Positions 58,259 through 64,000 of a stretch of DNA of 64,000 nucleotides are shown piece after piece. The position numbers and the translations under genes were made by a program. Origin of the DNA: Spirochaetia bacterium (GTDB taxonomy: Bacteria; Spirochaetota; Spirochaetia; SZUA-6; Bin103); the NCBI GenBank assembly GCA_965203515.1, contig OZ241907.1, positions 1,920,001-1,984,000 on the forward strand. The letters are read 5' to 3'. The notes beneath the pieces are model-generated. The model had not been told where the DNA came from, searched no databases, and worked only from the letters and a program-made list of their open reading frames with translations. Numbering within the stretch: position 1 is the stretch's first letter; the number at the start of each line of letters is the position of its first letter.

Positions 58259-58609
58259 ATGATAGACGCGATCGTCGGCTGGATCGGCGATCTGGCGGCA
58301 TCGATTCGGGAGCGGTACGCGGTCGATCCCTACCTGTTCCTGGCGCTGTCGGCGGTCTGCGGCCCGCTGTTCTACTACTCGCTGTACCGCATGGCGCGCG
58401 CGCTCAGGAACGACCGTCAGGCGGTCGCCCGCTGGAGCCTGCTCTTCCTGGCGGCCACGGTCATCCCGTACCTGTACGTGCTGGTATTCGGGCGCAACCT
58501 TCCCTGGTGGGTCTACGTGGTGCTGGCGGCCGCGGTCGGCTGGGGCGTCTATCAGCTCGCCGTCAAGCTGCGGGCCGGCCGGAACGGATCGACGCCGGTC
58601 AAATCCTGA
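58259..58609 (+). CDS. Small membrane protein
   Basis: Three hydrophobic segments. Confidence 0.65.
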   Translation: MIDAIVGWIGDLAASIRERYAVDPYLFLALSAVCGPLFYYSLYRMARALRNDRQAVARWSLLFLAATVIPYLYVLVFGRNLPWWVYVVLAAAVGWGVYQLAVKLRAGRNGSTPVKS

Positions 58610-59318
58610 GCAGTCGCGCCGCGTTTTCGCCGAGCACCTTGCGCTTGGCCGCTGCGCCGATGTCGGCGGTGAGCACCTTGGCGATCTGGCTGCGCGGGTC
58701 CATGAGCGGCAGGTCGGACCCGAACAGCACCCGGTCCTCGCCCCCCTCGGCGACCAGCTCTTCGATCACCCCCGGCGTGCGGAAGGTGGAGCAGGTCTCC
58801 AGGTAGACGTTCGGAAACGCCCGCGCGGCGGCGATCGCCTGCCCGCGGTACGGCTGCACGTTGCCGCTATGACCGGCGACGAAGCGCGCGCCGGGAAACA
58901 GCGGAGCGACGGCCGACAGGTGCCGGGGCTCGGCCTGCCACTCCCTGCCGGTATGGCTGATCACCGCCAATCCGCGTTCGTCCGCGAAGCGGTAGATCGG
59001 CCAGTACCGCTCGTGGTCGAGCGGCCACGGCGTGTACGGCGGATAGATCTTGATCGCCGCCATGCCCAGGTCGTCGAAGGCGCGGCGCAACTCGGCGTCG
59101 ATCTCCGCGGCCGACAGGTGCGGCGACACGAAGGCGAACCCTGTGAAGCGGTCCGGGTGGGCGGCGCAGAACGCCGCGGTCTGATCGTTGGCCCGCGTGC
59201 CGGCGGGATGGAAGATGTTGAACAGGCACGAACGGTCCACGCCGGCGCCGTCCATGGCGCGCAGCATCTCCGCCGCCGAGGCGTCCATGCCGGTATGGCC
59301 GTGGAAGTCGATGATCAC
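58599..59318 (-). CDS. Amidohydrolase family (TIM barrel, amidohydro_2)
   Basis: IIDFHGH, IKIYP, SHTG, GHSG, VLFGSD, GENAARLL. Confidence 0.9.
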   Translation of the reverse strand: MIIDFHGHTGMDASAAEMLRAMDGAGVDRSCLFNIFHPAGTRANDQTAAFCAAHPDRFTGFAFVSPHLSAAEIDAELRRAFDDLGMAAIKIYPPYTPWPLDHERYWPIYRFADERGLAVISHTGREWQAEPRHLSAVAPLFPGARFVAGHSGNVQPYRGQAIAAARAFPNVYLETCSTFRTPGVIEELVAEGGEDRVLFGSDLPLMDPRSQIAKVLTADIGAAAKRKVLGENAARLLRI

Positions 59319-60079
59319 GCGCCGAGCCCCAGCAGCCCTTGCAGGGTCCCGCCCAACACGGCCGCGCGGTCGGCGTCCGACAGGCGGATCGTGCGCAGAT
59401 AGTGGACCATGGTCCCCATCGCGTAGCGCGGATACCACGATCCGTAGAGCAGCCGCGATGAGCCGAACTCCCCGCACAGACTCTCCACGCCGCCCAGCGG
59501 CTCGTAGCGGCTCAGCTCCAGGTGCATGCCTTCGACCGCGCGCAGCATGGCGGGCACGAAGATCGCGTGCGTGGGATGGGCGCCGACCAGGATGCTGCGC
59601 AGGCGCGGGAACGCCTGCAGCGTGCGCACGATGACGTCGGGGTCGAGCTCCGGCAACTCGATCACCGCCGGCGCGCCGATCTCCGCCAGCCACGTCAGCA
59701 GCTCGCCGTACAGCCACGGCTGAAACGGCGACAGCACGCGGTCGCCGCCGGCGCAGATGCGGACGCTGGTCAGGTCGCCGGCCGCGTGGCGCCGTTGCAG
59801 GCACTCGATCGACGCGGGCGTCGGCCATCCCGTCCACTGCGGGAGCAGCCGCTCGTCACGCCATTCGTCCAGCTCGTCATCGGTCACGGTACCGTCGACC
59901 AGCGGCTGGTGGCTGTTGGCGTGGTAGATCAGGGCGCGGCCGACGCCGTGGCGGTCCATCTCCGCCAGGAGCTGCCGGCGCCCGCGGAGCGGCGACAGAC
60001 CGTACTTGGCGTCGCCGACCGCGACGTTGGCATCGAAGACCGGCATGCGCATGGGATGCTGCACGTTTTCGACCGACAC
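59315..60079 (-). CDS. Amidohydrolase-like protein lacking the HxH metal motif
   Basis: FDANVAVG, MDRHGV, RLLYGS.YP; GTGA overlap with the partner gene. Confidence 0.75.
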   Translation of the reverse strand: MSVENVQHPMRMPVFDANVAVGDAKYGLSPLRGRRQLLAEMDRHGVGRALIYHANSHQPLVDGTVTDDELDEWRDERLLPQWTGWPTPASIECLQRRHAAGDLTSVRICAGGDRVLSPFQPWLYGELLTWLAEIGAPAVIELPELDPDVIVRTLQAFPRLRSILVGAHPTHAIFVPAMLRAVEGMHLELSRYEPLGGVESLCGEFGSSRLLYGSWYPRYAMGTMVHYLRTIRLSDADRAAVLGGTLQGLLGLGA

Positions 60080-60144
60080 GATAGCAGATCGGGCGCGATG
60101 AGGTCAGCGGCGCCGTGCTACCCTCCCCTTAAGAGGAACCGCCG

Positions 60145-61668
60145 ATGAAGTGCGTGATGCTGATGTTCGATTCCCTGAACCGCCACCTGCTGCCCCCCTA
60201 CGGCGGCGCCGGCGCGCCGCCGGTGCACGCCCCCAACTTCGCCCGGCTGGCCGAGCGCACGGCGGTATTCGACCGCTCCTACATCTGCTCCATGCCGTGC
60301 ATGCCGGCGCGGCGCGACCTGCACACCGGCCGGCCCAACTTCCTGCATCGAAGCTGGGGGCCGATCGAGCCGTTCGACGATTCGGTACCGGACTTCCTGC
60401 GGCAGAACGGCGTCTACACCCATCTGTCGTCCGACCACTACCACTACTGGGAAGAGGGCGGCGCCAACTACCACGCCCGCTACCGGAGCTGGGAGTTCTT
60501 TCGCGGTCAGGAGGGCGATCCCTGGATCGGCATGGTCACCCCGCCGCCGACCGGCAACGCCATCGGCCGGAATGCCTCCGACCACCCGTCGCAGACCCAG
60601 GACCGCGTCAACCGCCTCTTCATGCGCACCACCGCCGAGTTGCCGCAGTCGCAGACGGTGGCGGCCGGCATCGAGTTCATGCGCCGCAACCGCGGCGACG
60701 ACAACTGGTTCCTGCACATGGAGACCTTCGATCCGCACGAGCCGTTCTTCAGCAATCGCGAGTTCCGGGACCGGTACGCCGAGCACTACGCGGCGTGGCG
60801 CGCCAAGAACGGACCGGTGTTCGACTGGCCGCGCTACGACTACGTCAGCGAAGACGCGGACCTGGTCGACCACATGCGCCATGAGTACGCGGCCCTGGTC
60901 TCGATGTGCGACGCACGGCTGGGCGACGTGCTCGACGCCATGGACGAGCTGGCGCTGTGGGACGACACGATGTTCATCGTCTGGACCGACCACGGCTTCC
61001 TGCTCGGCGAACACGAGTGCTGGGCCAAGGTGTGGGCGCCCTACTACGAAGAGGTGTCGCACACGCCGTTCTTCGTGTGGGACCCGCGGTCCGGCGCGCG
61101 CGGCGAGCGGCGCGAGGCGCTGGTGCAGCCGTCGATCGACCTGGGACCCACGCTGCTGTCGTGGTTCGGGTTCGAGCGGTTCCCGGACATGCTCGGCTGC
61201 GACCTGGCGCCGGTGCTGGAACGGGACCGGCCGGTGCGCGACGCCGCGATCTTCGGCCAGCACGGCGCGCACGTGAACGTCACCGACGGCCGCTACGTCT
61301 ACTGGCGAGGCCCCCGGGACATCGACGATCAGGAGCTCTACGACTACACGCTGATGCCGGCGCGCATGCGCGCCCGCTTCGGCGCCGGCGAGCTGCGCGA
61401 GGCGACGCTGGCCGAGCCGTTCTCCTTTACCAAGGGCCTGCGGACCCTGCGCATTCCGACCGGGGAGCGGTTCGGGGCGGAGCGAGGCCGGCACGCCGAT
61501 CGAAGCCGATCACGGCTGTTCGACCTGCGGAACGACCCCGGGCAGACGACACCGCTGGAAGACGACGCGATAGAGGCGCGCATGATCGACCACCTGGTGC
61601 GGCTGATGGCCGAGGCGGACGCGCCGCCGGAGCAATACCGCAGGCTGGGGCTCGCTCCGCCGTCCTGA
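60145..61668 (+). CDS. Sulfatase
   Basis: FDSLNRH, CMPARR (CxPxR), FDPHEPF, TDHG. Confidence 0.92.
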   Translation: MKCVMLMFDSLNRHLLPPYGGAGAPPVHAPNFARLAERTAVFDRSYICSMPCMPARRDLHTGRPNFLHRSWGPIEPFDDSVPDFLRQNGVYTHLSSDHYHYWEEGGANYHARYRSWEFFRGQEGDPWIGMVTPPPTGNAIGRNASDHPSQTQDRVNRLFMRTTAELPQSQTVAAGIEFMRRNRGDDNWFLHMETFDPHEPFFSNREFRDRYAEHYAAWRAKNGPVFDWPRYDYVSEDADLVDHMRHEYAALVSMCDARLGDVLDAMDELALWDDTMFIVWTDHGFLLGEHECWAKVWAPYYEEVSHTPFFVWDPRSGARGERREALVQPSIDLGPTLLSWFGFERFPDMLGCDLAPVLERDRPVRDAAIFGQHGAHVNVTDGRYVYWRGPRDIDDQELYDYTLMPARMRARFGAGELREATLAEPFSFTKGLRTLRIPTGERFGAERGRHADRSRSRLFDLRNDPGQTTPLEDDAIEARMIDHLVRLMAEADAPPEQYRRLGLAPPS

Positions 61669-61709
61669 CGCGGAGCGGGCCGCCTGCGCCGCCGGGAGGC
61701 CCGCTCCGA

Positions 61710-62072
61710 TCAGCAGAGCTCGATGCGATCCTCGCCGTTCGGGACGACGCACAGGAACTCGAACGGCGCCTGCGTCACCTGATACGAGTGCGGCGTGCCG
61801 CCGGGGATCAGCAACACGTCGCCCTCCGCGACCTGATGCACCGTATCGCCGACCGTGACCTGCGCCCGGCCGCGGACCACGTACTGCTCGTGCTCCACCA
61901 CGTTGGTGTGGCGCGGCATGCCGCCTCCCTCGCCCATCCTGAAGCGCCGCATGGCAAAGTTCGGCGCTCCGTCATCCGGACCGATCAGCACCGACGTCTC
62001 GGTCGCGGTGCCGGCGGCCACGGGCGCGCACGGCACCTCGGTCGAACGCTTGACGACCCCTTCGCGTGCCAT
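61710..62072 (-). CDS. Cupin domain protein
   Basis: APNFAMRRF, H…EHEQYV, GDVLLIP.GTPHSY, FLCVVP. Confidence 0.88.
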   Translation of the reverse strand: MAREGVVKRSTEVPCAPVAAGTATETSVLIGPDDGAPNFAMRRFRMGEGGGMPRHTNVVEHEQYVVRGRAQVTVGDTVHQVAEGDVLLIPGGTPHSYQVTQAPFEFLCVVPNGEDRIELC

Positions 62073-62186
62073 GCCGGCCAGCGTAGCATGAGACGCGCCG
62101 GTTCGCCCGCCGACCGTTCGCCCTCGACGGAGGCGCCCTCCGGATGGGATGATGGGCTCACCCCATCCGGTAGTGGAGATCCCCTT

Positions 62187-62870
62187 ATGCCGACGCTCAT
62201 CTTTCATGGTCACGCGTGCTGGGAGGTGCAGGGCGAGCACCGCCTGCTGATCGATCCGTTCCTGTCCGGCAATCCGGCGGCCGACGTCGGCCCCGAGCAC
62301 TTCCGCACGCTGGACGCGATCCTGCTCACCCACGGTCACGCCGACCACATCGGCGACGCGGAACAGATCGCCCGCGCCACCGGCGCGCTGATCGTCGCCA
62401 ACTACGAGATCGCGTCGCACTACGCCGACAAGGGGCTGGCCGCCCACCCGCTGCACATCGGCGGCGGCCGGCAGTTCCCGTTCGGCTACGTCAAGCTCAC
62501 CATCGCCCAGCACGGCTCCACCGGACCGAATGGCGAGGCGTTCGGCAACCCGGCCGGCATCATCCTGCGCGCCGGCGGCAAGCGCATCTTCCACGCCGGC
62601 GACACCGGCGTGTTCCTGGACATGCAGCTCATCGCCGAGTTGAACGGCCCGTTCGACGCCGCGCTGCTGCCGATCGGGGACAACTTCACCATGGGCATCG
62701 ACGACGCGGTCAAGGCGACGGAGTTCATCGGCGCGCGCATGCATCTGCCGATGCACTTCAACACCTTCGAGCAGATCGCCGTCGATCCGCAGGAGTTCAA
62801 GCGCAAGGCGGCCGCGGCGGGACAGGCGGTGACGATCCTGGAGCCGGGCGGCGCCTACGCCATCCCCTGA
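62187..62870 (+). CDS. UPF0173-type metal-dependent hydrolase (MBL fold)
   Basis: GHAC, IDPFLSGNP, THGHADH, HAGDT, LPIGDNFTMG, PMHFNTF. Confidence 0.92.
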   Translation: MPTLIFHGHACWEVQGEHRLLIDPFLSGNPAADVGPEHFRTLDAILLTHGHADHIGDAEQIARATGALIVANYEIASHYADKGLAAHPLHIGGGRQFPFGYVKLTIAQHGSTGPNGEAFGNPAGIILRAGGKRIFHAGDTGVFLDMQLIAELNGPFDAALLPIGDNFTMGIDDAVKATEFIGARMHLPMHFNTFEQIAVDPQEFKRKAAAAGQAVTILEPGGAYAIP

Positions 62871-62907
62871 GCCGGCCGACCGCGGCTGGCCCGCATCGAC
62901 CGAGCGG

Positions 62908-64000
62908 TCAGGAACGGATCGCCTCGGTCAGGAACGGCCGCAGGCGCTCCAGACCGTAGAGCGGGACCGACACGATGTCGCCGTCGCGGCGCAGGCGCCC
63001 CCCGTAGACGCGCACGGCCAGCGGCGGTCGATACCGCTCCGCGAACACGGCCAGACTCCGCAACCGTCCGGTCTTGCCCGCCTTGACCTCGACCGGCACC
63101 ACGCGACCGGCCGCCACCGTCAGGTAGTCGACCTCGGCGCTGCTGTTCTTCTGCCGCCGGTGCCAGTAGCTCAGCTCCGGACGTTCGTACGGGCTGCGGT
63201 ACGCCAGCAGCTCCTGGCCCACGAACTGCTCGGCGACCGCTCCGTCGTCGATCCGCATGGGATCGCCGTCCAGAAGCTGCTCGGCGGCGCCGCTCAGATT
63301 CTGCATGAGCCCGACGTCGACCATGACCAGCTTGTAGTGGCGGTCGTCCGCTTCCGCTCCCAACGGCAGGCCGGCTCCCGAGGTGGAGCATACGCGGTGC
63401 ACCACGCCGGCCTTCTCCAACAGCTCCACCGCCGAGCGCAGATCACGCGACCGGCTGTCCGGGTCGACCTTGGAGTAGACGAACTTGCGCCCGACCAGCC
63501 GCGCGGCGTGCAGGAAGACCCGATCGAGGTGGGGATGACGGGCCGCCCGAGCGTACTTGCCGAAGTCGTCGCGAAACGTCTGGGTGATGGCGGTCTGAAC
63601 GCGGGCTGCCCGCGCGATGCTGCCGGTCGCCCGGTACTCGGCCACCACGGCCGGCATGCCGCCGAGCAGCAGATAGGTGCGCAGCAACGCGCTCAGGTGG
63701 TCGTGCACGGGGGCGCTCACGCCGGCCATCGACCGCGCAGCCTGCCGCGCGGGTTCCTGGCCGACCGCCGGCAGGAACTCCGCGAACGACAGCGGGTGCA
63801 TGAACAGCGGCTGGATGCGGCCCACCGGCATACGGAGCCGCTCCGCCTCCAAGGCGAACTCCAGCAGCGATCCGGCTCCGATCACGTGCAGGTCCGGCGC
63901 CTGCTCGTAGAAGTAGCGCAGCGCCATGATGGCGGCAGGACACTCCTGAATCTCGTCGAGGAAGAGCAGCGTCCGGCCCGGCTCGACCGGCTTCCCGCGC
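62908..64000 (-). CDS. AAA+ ATPase with DUF4143 (COG1373 type), N-terminus outside window
   Basis: LFLDEIQ at 63947-63968, AGSLL, GGMP.VV, DVGL, AEVDY, PVEVK. Confidence 0.88.
   Translation of the reverse strand, partial: RGKPVEPGRTLLFLDEIQECPAAIMALRYFYEQAPDLHVIGAGSLLEFALEAERLRMPVGRIQPLFMHPLSFAEFLPAVGQEPARQAARSMAGVSAPVHDHLSALLRTYLLLGGMPAVVAEYRATGSIARAARVQTAITQTFRDDFGKYARAARHPHLDRVFLHAARLVGRKFVYSKVDPDSRSRDLRSAVELLEKAGVVHRVCSTSGAGLPLGAEADDRHYKLVMVDVGLMQNLSGAAEQLLDGDPMRIDDGAVAEQFVGQELLAYRSPYERPELSYWHRRQKNSSAEVDYLTVAAGRVVPVEVKAGKTGRLRSLAVFAERYRPPLAVRVYGGRLRRDGDIVSVPLYGLERLRPFLTEAIRS

Overview
High-GC bacterial chromosomal window. The solute-binding protein signal (…AFAAGEGEE) resembles spirochaete binding proteins, and the ankyrin, FG-GAP, PhyH and many toxin-antitoxin genes resemble host-associated (e.g. 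sponge) symbionts; both are inferences. No rRNA, tRNA or CRISPR array was found. 1-18 kb: two peptide/nickel-type ABC transporter sets interleaved with three paralogous GHL10-like TIM-barrel proteins, an FG-GAP/ASPIC-UnbV protein and an inserted DUF5678 + retropepsin pair. 18-38.5 kb: an accessory/defence-like region with a Fic protein, cobO, a surface lipoprotein with 12 GSGY repeats frameshifted at a G13 tract (candidate phase variation), an HNH gene flanked by ~55-bp direct repeats, VapB with a VapC relic, a COG1373 ATPase, a lower-GC three-gene operon (two hypotheticals + ComEC-like MBL hydrolase) broken by an intact IS3 with 3-bp target duplication, a type III R-M system whose mod lost its SAM-binding motif, an MNT-HEPN relic and a NYN-cold-shock protein. 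38.5-64 kb: mostly catabolic genes (propeller hydrolase-like paralogs, sterol desaturase-like, PP2C, PhyH-nitrilase fusion, sugar-acid enzymes, sulfatase, amidohydrolases), HEPN-MNT, ankyrin protein, a MoxR/DUF58 cluster and a second, partial COG1373 ATPase. Best candidates for undescribed biology: the three-gene MBL operon, the repeat-flanked HNH element and the poly-G-switched repeat lipoprotein. Many genes appear to have leaderless promoters.
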